From NCBI GenBank assembly GCA_035084275.1, contig CM068743.1, positions 134,354,001-134,418,000 on the forward strand: a stretch of DNA of 64,000 bases, given 5' to 3'. This DNA is from Hydrolagus colliei. Taxonomy: Eukaryota. Of this stretch, positions 1 to 11,649 are shown piece by piece. Position 1 is the stretch's first letter. The number at the start of each line of letters is the position of its first letter. A program made the position numbers and the translations under genes. The notes under the pieces were generated by a model. That model worked only from the letters and a program-made list of their open reading frames with translations. It searched no databases and was not told the DNA's origin.

Positions 1-119
1 TCAGAGCGTGCCCTAATTCCCGGGCAAAATATATCGTATATTATATATATATATAATATATATTATAATAATAATTTTTACATTTGGCCTAGCTATGACT
101 CCATTGCTGTTCTGGCCAA

Positions 120-285
120 TTCCTCATCAGGCAACAAGTTCTGGATGAACTCTAACTCTCTCCAGTTAAAAGTTGACAAGACAGAGGTTTTCCTGCTTGG
201 CTCCCATCGAGCATTCTCACTTCAGGTGCTGACAGCATCAAACTGCACAGATGTACAGTCCACCTCGTGAAGCCAGTGTGCGAAG
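120..285 (+). mobile_element. L2 LINE ORF2 fragment (post-YADD region)
   Basis: Aligns by eye with the L2 copy at 38900-39080 (…SWM..N.LQL…KTE… region); degraded. Confidence 0.6.
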
Positions 286-311
286 GGTCATTAGAGAATG
301 GAATGGTTTCC

Positions 312-617
312 AATAAAAATAATGATCTTGGCATTTGATACAGCACTTTTCACTTCTTCTAGACGTCTCAAAGCGCCTCATGGTATATATCTTAAAGTGA
401 ATTGACTATATTTGAGGGCAAAACGCGGCAGCCAATTGCGCACAGCAGTGTCCCACAAACAGTCGTGGATTCAGGTGACCCATTTATTTTTGTTTCTTTT
501 TGAGGGAATATTATCAGGAGTGTGGAGTAAGGAAACTTGCCCAAGGTTTCGCCCGGCCTGGAATCAAACCCAGGTCTCTCGCTTGCAAGGCGAGTGCTCT
601 AACCACTGAGCTACGGG
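312..617 (-). mobile_element. tRNA-headed SINE, near full length (short variant)
   Basis: Minus strand reads A box TAGCTCAGTGG, B-box-like GGTTTGATTCC, ACCTTGGGCAAG, Deu-like GCTGTGCGCAATTGGCTGCC, then an ATT-rich tail; many matching copies in the window. Confidence 0.9.
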
Positions 618-624
618 TTTGCCA

Positions 625-765
625 GAAATAGTTATGGAGGCTCCGACGATAACAATATTTAAAGGGGAATTGTATAAATATTTATAGAATATATTTTAAA
701 TGTTTTGAGAAGTAACCTGGTATTTGGATTAGGGTAGCTGGCTCCTGTGGAAGAGTTGCAAGATG
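625..765 (+). mobile_element. Degraded CR1 LINE 3' fragment
   Basis: GAGGCT…ATAACAATATTTAAAGGGGAATTG resembles the VVEADSITTFKRELD region of the CR1 at 43909. Confidence 0.45.
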
Positions 766-977
766 GGGCAAAGAGCCATGAGGGGGAAGTAGGAGGAGTA
801 ACTTTTCCATGAGTTCTTAGCAATGTTTTTTTTTCATTTTATATATATATTATTTACCATATCACAAAGGGAGAGCAGCCCCCCCCCCCCCACCCCCGCT
901 CCTCTCCCGCCCCCCTGTTCCCCCGCCCCACACATAGTTTGTTTTCCTAAGCAAACCTTGTAAATATAGGTGTACAA

Positions 978-1062
978 TGTTATAATAATAATAATAAATA
1001 ATCGATTAATAACTAATAATTATTAATAATTATAATAATATAATATTTTTTTATTATTATGT
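978..1062. repeat. AT-rich low complexity/(TAA)n, preceded by a C-run at about 880-930
   Basis: Read directly from the sequence. Confidence 0.8.
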
Positions 1063-2092
1063 AATGTTAATTTAGTTTAACCTCTTTGATTGTAGATTCA
1101 GTCAACATTTTCGAATTCTCCTCCCTTTCCTCCGTGCTTGATGCTCTTTATTTATATGAACCATGTTCATTCTACATCCCTTATGAACAACATCCTACAT
1201 GAAAGATGCTAAATAAACACAAGTTACTTTTGTTCAATTAACTATCACATCACAACATGATCCAATTTATCTTCAGTTAGCAACAGATTTAGTTGTACAA
1301 TCGGGTGGGTCAAAGTCGGTTGAGTTTGCCATGTTAGCTTTGCTTCCAGTGACCATTGCCTTTGCCTCCCATTCAGAATTAGGCCCAAATTAATGCTATT
1401 CATTACTTCACAAGCCATACTTTTAACCCCGATAGAGGCTACCCAAAATGTTTTGAAAAAATGCAATTAGTAAGAACGCTTCCTTGGTCAAGCAAAAGTA
1501 CAATTTTCGATCATCTTAAATGGCTCTGCAGCAGGTAATGTTGGAAGCAACATGGAGGAGACATCACAGTATGGCCAGTGGCAACGAAGCTCAGTGCCAT
1601 AGCGGAACAGAATGTGGGCCTGTACATGTCGCGGATTCAAAGGCTTGTAAAGAAACAAAATGTGTAACCTATTAAAGTCACTTTGCCCTATAAAACATGT
1701 TTCTGTGGTTTTAAAGTTCGTTAAAATAACACACTTACTGGAAAATGTATTCCTAAGGAGATTTGTTGTTTGAATATTTCAACAATCTGCAGTGAGACTG
1801 AGATTCTGCCAGCATGTCTCTGTTTACAAGTTAAGGGCTAGCGGCATTTCAGTCGTGTGATTCTAGTGTTCTCCAATCATGGTCCCAGTCTATATTGGAA
1901 TAGCAGGATTGAAGTCTCTATAATTACCGAACAGAGGTATGTGAGGGAAATGTTAGTCTCTTTCAAAAAAAGAAACAAGAGACTTGCATGCCATAGGCCA
2001 TGTAGTACAGAACAAGTTTGAAAGCAGAATCGTCTATATACCATTGTTAACTGCATAAAGAGTGAAGCTGCCAGTTGATATCAATTTGCATG

Positions 2093-2691
2093 TACCGTAT
2101 ATCTCCGCGTATAAGGCGCACCCGCCATGTTTGACCTTTTCTTGGTGAAAAAAAACAGAAGCATTTTCAATGATATTGCCGGCAGAAGGGAGGAGAGACA
2201 GGAGAGACAGGTAGGTAGGGAGAGAGAGAGGGAGAGAGGCAGGCCGGCAGCCAGGGAGGGAGGGAGAGAGAGAGGGAGAGAGGCAGGCCGGCAGCCAGGG
2301 AGAGAGAGAGGGAGAGAGGCAGGCCGGCAGGCACGCAGGCAGGGAGGGAGGGAGAGAGAGGCAGGCAGGGAGGGAGGGAGGGAGAGCGGCAGGCAGGGAG
2401 AGCGGCAGGGAGGGAGACAGGCAGACTGGGTTTGGCAGAAGGTAAGCACAGCACTGAAGTCCGCTGCTGCTGCCGCTGCCCGGGCGGCCGAGGCCGAAGC
2501 CCCATCACCCGCTCCTCCCAACCCCCGCCAGACACTGACCAAACCCCGGCTGACAGCGCGCCGGCCGCCCCCCCTGTTTACTGTATCTCCGAGGCTCAAA
2601 ATTGCTTGTATCTGCGTATAGGGCGCACCCCCAACTTTCGAGATCTTCCGACCTGAAAAAAAGTGCGCCTTATACGCGGAGATATACGGTA
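2093..2691. mobile_element. Non-autonomous Tc1/mariner-superfamily (Tc2/pogo-like) MITE
   Basis: Perfect 27-bp TIRs CCGTATATCTCCGCGTATAAGGCGCAC (2095-2121 and 2663-2689) flanked by TA (2093-2094, 2690-2691); no transposase ORF. Confidence 0.9.
2185..2425. repeat. Purine-rich minisatellite (GGGAGAGAGGCAGGCCGGCAG-like units) inside the MITE
   Basis: Read directly; it explains the overlapping low-complexity ORFs. Confidence 0.85.
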
Positions 2692-3627
2692 AACAGGAAT
2701 TGTTCATATTGGGATTATACTGTATGTAAATGGTCTATTTTTCCTGAATCCTAAATTCAAACCTCCATCCAGCAGTGGGATGTACTGTAGCTTTTCGATT
2801 CCGCACTCTGAGACCTACAGCCCTGAAGTTCACCAGCATGATGGCTGCAGACTGCTTCAGTGTTGCAAGCTCTCCTCTAATGCTTTTGCTCGGGTCATTT
2901 AGGCAGCACTTTGGATGTTGTATTTTGCAGTATGTTCACCAACTACAGTGTTCTTCAGCCCTCTTTGAGAGAGTCTGAAATGCCAACTATTACTTCCTTG
3001 ATGGCAGTTTTGTGCTCTATGCGCGTGTACTCAGCCAGGTTGAGGCAACTCAAACTAATTTAAAATAGGAGCTTCCAGCATTTGGAGAGAAGAAATGGTG
3101 TGAATCTGGATTCCAAAAGAACAATGTGTCCAGCACTTCTTGAATAAATATAGTTATATAGCAAAGCATCGTTGAAGTAGCACCCTAATGTGTTAACCTT
3201 AAGTGTTCATATCAGAGAACACTGGGGGAACTCGCTCCAGTACAGACACTATGGGCCAAGTGAACTCCTTCTGTGCTGTCAACTTTTTTATGATTCTTTT
3301 AAATATCCCTCTGCACCAATTGTTTGTAATGAAATAAAGACTGAAATTGCACTAGGTGCTAGCCTGTTAGAGCACTTTATGGTTTTAGATGTTGAGAATA
3401 TGGCATCATTGTGAAATTTTCTCAAATTATTCTTAATTCGACGGATGGTTATTTTGTTTGAAAAATATGTAAAACCAGCTTCCAAATTAAGACTGAATTT
3501 AAGGATTTTCCATAATTCTGCATACTCCTACATTTTAAGAGGAATATGGTCTTAAAGGCTCAAGTAATGGATGCAAACTGAAAACTCATGGCTATCTTTA
3601 CCACGTTTCCCAAATTTGGGATACAGA

Positions 3628-3800
3628 TATAATAATAATTCTTGCATTTGATACTGCTCCTTATCATGGCGTTGCGTTGTCTCAAAGTACTTCACAGAAT
3701 ATACTGTTAAGTGAATTGACTGTATATTTTTGTGGGCGAAAGGTGGAGGCAAATGTGCACAGCAGTGTCACACGAACAGTCATAGATTAAGTGACCGCAT
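3628..3800 (-). mobile_element. tRNA-SINE 3' half
   Basis: Matches the 3' half and tail of the main SINE. Confidence 0.8.
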
Positions 3801-4234
3801 TTTTAAAGAAAAGTTTATTACCCCTGGACTCCACACAAACTCACACTCTCAGGTCATCTCTCAGGTCCTCCTCTGAAAGCAATGGGCGGTGGCAAGTACT
3901 GGGAGCCAAGACTAAATCAATATCTATTCGCATTGCAAACACCAAAAAGAGTAAATTGTGACATTTAAAAGGAAATGGGGAGTGAGCAGCAGTATAGGAT
4001 TAATAGATAGCTCCAGTGAGGTTCCAGCATGCGAGGGCATATGTTTGCCTTCTGTGCAGAAATGTCTGTTTCTGATAGGGGAGATGCCCATGTGTAAACC
4101 TTAAATATGAAATAATACACATAAATATTATTTTTTATAATGATGTTAAATTTATACAAGATGGCATTAAATTTATACAAGACAGCAATTATGCTACAAT
4201 CTAAGAGAATTGTGCAGTTTTTGCAACCAATTAC

Positions 4235-4713
4235 ACAAAAAGGGATATCAGAACCATGGAAAGGATACAGAGTTGCTGCCAGATACAGAAGTTACAGTTC
4301 TGAGATTAGATTTAAAAAATTGGATCTCATTTCAGCGGAACTTATAAGGGTGAAAAGTAATCTAATAGAGCTCTTCAACATACTGAAAATTCTTCCCAGT
4401 GTTCAGTAACTCAGAGGAAGGGAGCCTAAATTCAGCATTTATACTGGAAGAGTTAAGGAGGATGTTACATATGTTTTCATGCAGATGGGTTTGCAGAGGT
4501 GGCTGTTTAGGTTGACACCATAACAATATTTTAAAGTGAAAAGGATAAACATTTTAAAAGGAAAGTAAGTACCCTTTTTTAAAATTTCATTGTAAAAAAG
4601 GATAACGACATGAAGAAAACACAAGGAATTGGGATTAGAGTAATTATCTCCTGTGAATAGGCCAGCTCCAGTTTCGGCTGAGTAACCTCCTATATTGTAA
4701 TGTTTATGATTCT
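4235..4713 (+). mobile_element. Old CR1 LINE 3' end
   Basis: Degenerate 'RF.KLDLIS…LIELFNILK' similar to the CR1 C-terminus; ends in ATGATTCTAT. Confidence 0.6.
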
Positions 4714-5774
4714 ATATCAGATAATGAGTTTTATTTCATATGAATATGCAAATATTGGAGATTCTTACTCCTCAATATTCCTTTAATTCTGTAAAACACA
4801 CACACAACACTGCAGTGTAGCATCAGGATGGATCAATTGATAGTGATGGGTCCATCAATTCTGTCATTTAGGCAATGTATCCAGGTGAAACCGTTCGACA
4901 TAATAACATGACTTTTCTTTTCGTTTTAATTCTGAATTTAAAAGCGTATCCCAGAAGACGTTTCGCAACTAATTGCAAATAGTACAACTTTGTTTCTCCC
5001 CTTGTTGATTCAAACTGGAACCACATGGGTTACTACAACTGACAGCAGCGTTTGCTCAGAGCACCCTCAGAGGCACTTGACACATTTAAAATCAAAAATG
5101 GCTCTCCGTTTAGCAGTTAACATACTCATTACAATATCGATGTGTGTTTAAAGGCACTGTATCATTGCATTTTCTAGTTTGCAAATAATATATCCAATTA
5201 AATTATTAAATATAGCAGTTGAAAAATAGCCTGCAGCAGCTTTATTTTCTTTATCGTGCCACTCAGGATGAGTTCCTCCTGTTACTAACTACTCTATTTA
5301 ACCAGAAAGAGGCTGAACCTATGCTTTTTAGATGGTTGATTTCACCTGTGAGAATTCTTCGTGTAGAGGGAGAGGAAAATAAAAAATGACTCTTTGAGAT
5401 CCAGCTCTGGTGTGATGTTCTAATTAAAAATAAAATGGAATTCCATTCACTCAAAAAAACTGTAACAGTCCGATTATTCAGACATGATGAATAATTGATT
5501 GAGGGAAGACTGAAGGATTCTACGGTGGGAGGTCACATTTTGCATGCAATATCAAGGTTTTCTTTTATATAAGGAAGTCGGTATCCTGTTAACTGAGTGG
5601 CCACATGGCCAAAGAGATCAGGAAACCTTGTGAAAAACGTTTATTCAATTGCTGCATCACTCCTCAGAGAGAAGTAAATAAAACAATAACAACAAACCAT
5701 GGATCAAAAATCACATTCATCACATTTCCCCCTGTTTTCTGCTGTTGAACAATCTAATTTAGATTGGAAGAGAG

Positions 5775-6260
5775 GAATGCACAGCACAGGCAAGGGGCAA
5801 TACGATCCAGCTGGCTTCCCCAATCCCACAAGCTAATAATCCCACAATCCTGGAGTGTTTTTTTCCACTAAACATATACCTAACTCCATAATGAATTTTT
5901 ATGATATAATTCGGCATTCGACTGCTCAATGTTTATTCCACAAAACTAATACAGTCTGCACTGACAGTTCATTTTCCATCTTCTGGCTTTGGGTCAAGGC
6001 TCCCCCTATCCTAGATTTTTTGACGATGTTAAACACTTTACTCTATAGGGTTCCTGTGTCCTATGTCCTTTAGGATCTTGAATACCTTAACAATATCCCC
6101 TGAGCCTTGTCCTATTTAGCATTAGCATCCAGAATCTACACTTCTAACAGCCTCAGTTACAGGATGCGCACAATCATTTCTGTCAACCTGATTCTTATAG
6201 ATTGTTCACTAATGTTGTACCAACATGAATAAGGCCTCAATCAGAACTGGAATTGTAACA
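5775..6260 (-). mobile_element. Old CR1 LINE 3' fragment
   Basis: Patchy similarity to the CR1 3' region. Confidence 0.45.
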
Positions 6261-7764
6261 CAGAACAGTGGCACCATACCTCAGGGACAAGGCTGTTTCA
6301 TGTATCATACCCACGGGCCATTGAGATGTATGAATGCGTTCACTTCAGATTACCCAATTACATGGAAAGAGCTGATGTGAATCATGCATGTCATTAGCTG
6401 AAACTGTACTAGCTGCTGTTGTATTTTGGTTTTAAGTTAAATCCAGTCAATTGTTTTGTTTAGACAGTGTGGTGCTTGTTGGATCATCATTTTATTCTTC
6501 GATGGATTACAAATCAAAAACATCTTTTTGTAAAACCACTCGCAGCATAAATGTTGGCTATCAATCTCTGCTGTGATTTTTATTCTTACCATATGCATAA
6601 AATAATATAGGATGAAATTCAGTTAAAAATCTTCTACTTTTGTGCTTTTCTCCCAAATAACTTTGCTAACATATATTCCAGTTTGCCCCTTGAAGCTCAA
6701 ATTTTAAACCCTTTCACTTTCCTCTGATTAATGCCATGTATTGTATACCGCTGTATATACATGAAGAAGGTGACGGAGCTTTGTAGTGTCCTACAAAAAT
6801 AGTACTGAGTTACATTAATCCTGCTTTGATCCCTGAAGGATAATCACCACCAAAATCAGGTCATCATAAGACACACCACGAGATGGATACAAGCTTTTAC
6901 CCAAAGACATCTCCCTTCACTTCAGGGCTCCTGTTACCAGATGGCAATAAAAAGAAAATAACCATATGAAGGAGTGAGCTGCCAAAGACCAATAACGAGA
7001 CTCTTTACCAACGGAGCCCATTTAAATCATCATATACATTTTTTGATTTCACAGCTGCAGTTGGGGGATAATAAGGCAGCTGAATTCCCTGCAAAGGGGT
7101 CGATGTGATACACAGTGCACTACAGCTAATAGCTGTTCTTTAATGACAGTTACTCATATTTCAAAACCACCGTCCTTCAAGATCAATCCAGCTGGAATTT
7201 TCAAGTAAGGGTTTCCAATCCCAAACTGTCTGGATGTATTCCATTGCAATACACTTACAATTTTTAGACCTTCTAATTTGTCTGCTCACATTTTCCGTCT
7301 ATTTTTTTTAAAAAAAAACCTTAAAATATGACTAATTTTGAATCTTTTCAATTGAGTTATATGCAACTCAAAGAAACAATTATATAGACTGTGTGTAAAC
7401 ACAAGACGATTTGTACAGTGATTTGTACATTTGTACAATCATCAATTGTAGGTGGGTAATACTGACAATTGCTTCCTACTTTGTCTCCTACTCTCGGCTC
7501 ATGGCTCTCACCCCAAGCCTTGTTTTGTTGTTGTTTTGTTGCTGTTTTGTTTTTATAGTTGCTGTTTAGTTCCTCCCCACATGAAAGGCAGCTGCAGCTA
7601 TGTAAAATTGTATTGCATTTATTTTTCAAAGTGTATCTTAATCAATTATTTTAAATACTACTTACATTTGGTGTAGCACCTTAAAATGGCGGAAGGATGT
7701 CTCAAAGCTCTTCACAGGAACTTACTGTGAAATGAAGTGACTGTTTGTGGGCAGCACAATTGTT

Positions 7765-7892
7765 ACTCTCCTACTCTCCTTCTTCCCCCCACCCCCACAC
7801 CTGCTCGGGTCCCTACCTAACTGTTGAGCGCCTTGGGACGTCCTCCCGACGTGAAAGGCGCTCTATAAATGTTATTTTGTTGTTGTTGTTGC
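7765..7892 (+). mobile_element. L2 3' tail (type A)
   Basis: GAGCGCCTTGGGACGTCCTCCCGACGTGAAAGGCGCTCTATAAAT followed by (TTG)n. Confidence 0.85.
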
Positions 7893-8500
7893 TCACAGCA
7901 TGGAAACTGCTCTGGTCAAGGTCACAAATTACATCCTGTCCATCCATGACCAGGGCTCCCTCTGCCTCCTCGTCCTCACTGCTGTCTTTGACACCATGGA
8001 CCGCTCAATCTACTTCCACTGACGACAGCAACAACAGCAGCAACAAAATTACACATACAGATATAGTGCCTTTCACATCAGGTGGACGTCCCAAGGTGCT
8101 GGACAGTCACTGTTTCAGACCTGGGACAGGGTAGGGGGAGGGAAGGAGGGGGATGGAAATTAGGGGTTGCCAATGGGTCCATTGAAGAGGAGCGTCTTGA
8201 GGCGAGACTAGAAGGAGGCCAGGGAGGGGGGGCGAGGCGGAGGGACTGCGGGATGGAGTTCCAGAGTTTGTCCTCAGTCCCCTGCTCTTCAACCTCCGCA
8301 TGCTCCACCTTGGTGACATCATCCGCAGACATGCGCAAAGTATCGTCATGTAAACAGATGACCAGCTCCTTTCGACTACACCTTCAGCCTTACTCCTAAC
8401 TCTCTGCCAACTCGCACCCCAACCCTGACCCCTGACTGTTCAGCACCTTGGATGTCCTCCCGATGTGAAAGGTATTCTACAAATGTAATTTTGTTGTTGT
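7893..8500 (+). mobile_element. L2 RT fragment, interrupted and internally deleted
   Basis: Degenerate HS.ETALVKVTN, A.FDT.D, LGDIIRRH and YADD-like motifs, then a jump to a type A tail; an antisense L2 is nested at 8021-8269. Confidence 0.75.
8021..8269 (-). mobile_element. L2 3' end nested in another L2
   Basis: (CAA)n tail at 8021-8046; reverse complement encodes LWNSIPQSLRLA. Confidence 0.85.
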
Positions 8501-8501
8501 T

Positions 8502-8707
8502 GAATAGTACCACAAGATCTTTAAGGTCCACCTGAACAGTCAGACAGGACCTCGGTTTAATGTCTTTTTTTCAACGATGTTTAATTTTGGTGAAGGATGG
8601 CACTTCCAACAATGTCAGACTATGTGGGACACATAGGACACATCAGTCCTGATGTGGGATTTTAACCCACAATCTTCTGACTCAGAAATGAGAGAGCTAC
8701 TACTGAG
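8502..8707 (-). mobile_element. Old SacSINE1/DeuSINE-like element, 5' part
   Basis: Minus strand CTCAGTAGTAGC…TCTGAGTCAGAAGATTGTGGGTT…, then TTCAGGTGGA..TTAAAGATC. Confidence 0.65.
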
Positions 8708-8710
8708 TTT

Positions 8711-8879
8711 CCACAAACAGTCATGCATTGAGATGAACCATTAAAAAAAATTTTTTTAATGGATTATTATCAGGCATGTGGAGCAAGAAAACTTGCCCAT
8801 GCTTTTGCCCCACCTGGAATTGAACCCAGGTCTCTTGCTTGCAAGGCAAGTGCTCTAACCCTTGAGATACAGGACTCCA
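8711..8879 (-). mobile_element. tRNA-SINE 5' half
   Basis: tRNA-like head plus GGGCAAGTTT segment. Confidence 0.85.
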
Positions 8880-9187
8880 CTATCTAGACAGATTGGAAAA
8901 AAAGGTTAAATATTTTCATGAAATTGTTTCCACTATTTAAACACAACAATAATATTCTATAGACCAAATGGTGACACAGTGAGACCAAGAATTATAGAGG
9001 AATCTCATAGATTTTTAGATGGTGGTTTCAGGAATCAGTGTGTTTATCAGATGCAATGGCAAATGGTTTGATCAGGAAGAAACATGGCTTCTGTTCTTGT
9101 GAGGAGTGTGTGAAACCCATTGTCACTTTTTATAAGATTGTGGAACATTCTAAGGCCCAGGGAAAGAGGTGTACATTAGATTAATCC

Positions 9188-9308
9188 ATTTCACCCACAA
9201 AATATACAGTCAATTCACTTTACCCAGTATATTCTGTGAAGTGTTGCAAAACGTCTTGGTGATGTGATAAATTGCTATATTAAATGCAAGGATTATTATT
9301 ATTATTAT
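9188..9308 (+). mobile_element. tRNA-SINE 3' tail
   Basis: CAGTCAATTCACTTTAC…AAATGCAAGG(ATT)n. Confidence 0.8.
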
Positions 9309-11649
9309 TTATGTACTTTTGACCTCATGAAGTGCCTCATGAAGCCATCATGATAAAGAAATACTTAGCAAATTTGGGATGTTTCCAAATGTATATTCCA
9401 ACTCCAAGATTGTATAAGGATTGAGGTGTGACTTACCAAACATATCCCTCTTGAAAGAGATGTGGGTTATGGCTCTAAATTGTAGGCTTATCTTCTTAGT
9501 TTCAAACTTGTGACATTTTTAAAAGGAAATGTTCTTTTCTGTTGCTATCTACATTTTAAAAGCTAAAGAGATACAGTACCAAATAAATCCCAAATCCCTA
9601 TAACCTCACAGCCTACAGACAGTTGCAAGTTTTAATAATTAATTGTTATATAATAATAGTAATAATCCTTACATTTATACAGCATTTTCTACGTCTTATC
9701 GACGTCTCAAATTGTTAGTGGTTACTGTTTACTGTGATTTTTTATCCATGGTCTAATAATTTTGTGAATATGATCTATTCTTCACTGTTTTACTGCAAAT
9801 TTACACTTTTATTGGATGTAATGAAAAGATTTTGTGTAACTTTATACAACTATATTAAAAGGATACATTTCTGTGCTGACACACCTTATTGAAGCAACAT
9901 AGCCCATAGTACAGGCCAAGCTTTACATGAGAAAATGTGAGAAGATATGATAAATCAAGCAGTGGTTAAGTGATTCTGATATTGGGATTTTAAAAGCTGC
10001 AAGTTGAAGGAAATATTAGAGATGTAAGGTTTGTCATAGTACAGTATTGAGCCTTGGTAGAATGAGCTCAAGCAGGGAATTTTGCAACAAGTATTGATTT
10101 GAACATTGTATTGCGATTGGAAAGGGTGCAGATTGGCATGTGATACTATCAATGTAAAATTGGTTGAAAATGTACCTTGTGACATTTATCGCACAAAATG
10201 TACACAAAACGCACAATCACTCCACTTCACTGTACATCCCGTGAAGTCCTGTCAACGTGAAAATCTTTATTCGAAATGTAAACATTATTATTATCACATT
10301 GGTGAATATTACAGTCATGCCAGTTGACAACTAAAGACAACAAGTGGATGTGACACTTACCAAATTGGGCACTAATAGTTAGGTCCAAGCCTGGCCCAAA
10401 GCCTTTGGAGCTGCCAGCCATGAAGCACGGCTTTCATTACTGCTCGCGGATATCAGTTTAACTCAGTCTGAGCGATTATCAAATGTCAGTTTATGTCTCT
10501 GAACATGAATGTGTTCCAATACTTATAGATACATCAAACATTTATCCACAGATGTCCAGACTCATTGTCAGTTAGTCAGTGAAGCCAAAGAGGGATTTGG
10601 CTCGACTGATGATTCTGTGGAATCAGATAATTATGTGTATTCATTGAATGTTTTTGTACTGTGTTTATTGGTTGAATATTTCTCCTGTAATCTGTGCTGT
10701 TTGTATATTATTTGAAATAATTAAATTATTTTGTATTGTACAATATCTATATTAATTTAGAAGTAGCTTAATCACCACCAGCTATCTATTTTACAATATT
10801 ATTTGCTGTGAATGTGGCAGTGAGCAGCAATCAACTAACTTGTTTTGGACACCATGCTCAGTCCATGGCATTTGCACTAAATGTGCTTAGAAATTTTCAG
10901 AGTAGTTGCTTCTTGCAGTTACTTTATGGCTGTTAACCCTAGTTTCGCTGTTATTATGTTCAACAGTTAGTCCATTTTATCTACAGTGAGACGCCACATA
11001 TCCGACTGTCACATGCCCACCTCGATCATTTATCCACCTCAATCATATCAGAGTCAGTATATAGTGCACTCATTTTTAAAATATAAAATGCTCCCACACA
11101 CAACACGACTTTAGGGATCCAGATACAGTACCACTAGTGTATTATACTGCACACCCCATTGATTTAATCAAAACCAGTTGTTTTAGTGTGATGTTTCTGT
11201 GACTGGGGCTTTTATACTGCTCTTTACTTTCGGAAATTGCATATGTTGAATTATCCGACCTTGTCACCTATCCCTTCATGCTGGTGTCCTAGTGGGTTTG
11301 GAAAGGCAGCCTTCCACTGTACTGGTGATTTGGCTATTGGCCAACACAATGCTCGCTACTGTTTCATTTGATCCCTGTATGTAAAATGAAAAATGAAATG
11401 CTGTATTAAAAATAATCAAAGTCAATTTATCTAAAAACTGACATGTTACCACAGTTTCATGCGTTACGTATACTGTACCTTTCACATTGATTTGATACAA
11501 ACTTGGTGCTAAATCTACCCTAAAAGCACAAGATAACACAGGAATCAGTACCGTTGTGGTGAAGTGAATCGCACTGAAGCCCGATTTAGTTCTAGTTTAA
11601 CTGGCAAAGTCACTTTAGTCTCAATTGCAGCAGCCGTAGACATTTTAAT

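Noticed and set aside
2081-2707. Overlapping ORFs of 208, 164 and 122 aa
   Set aside because: They are stop-poor readings of the MITE minisatellite with no transposase motifs.
4146-4187. 21-bp period tandem duplication (TTAAATTTATACAAGA x2)
   Set aside because: An ordinary short tandem duplication; only two units and no array.
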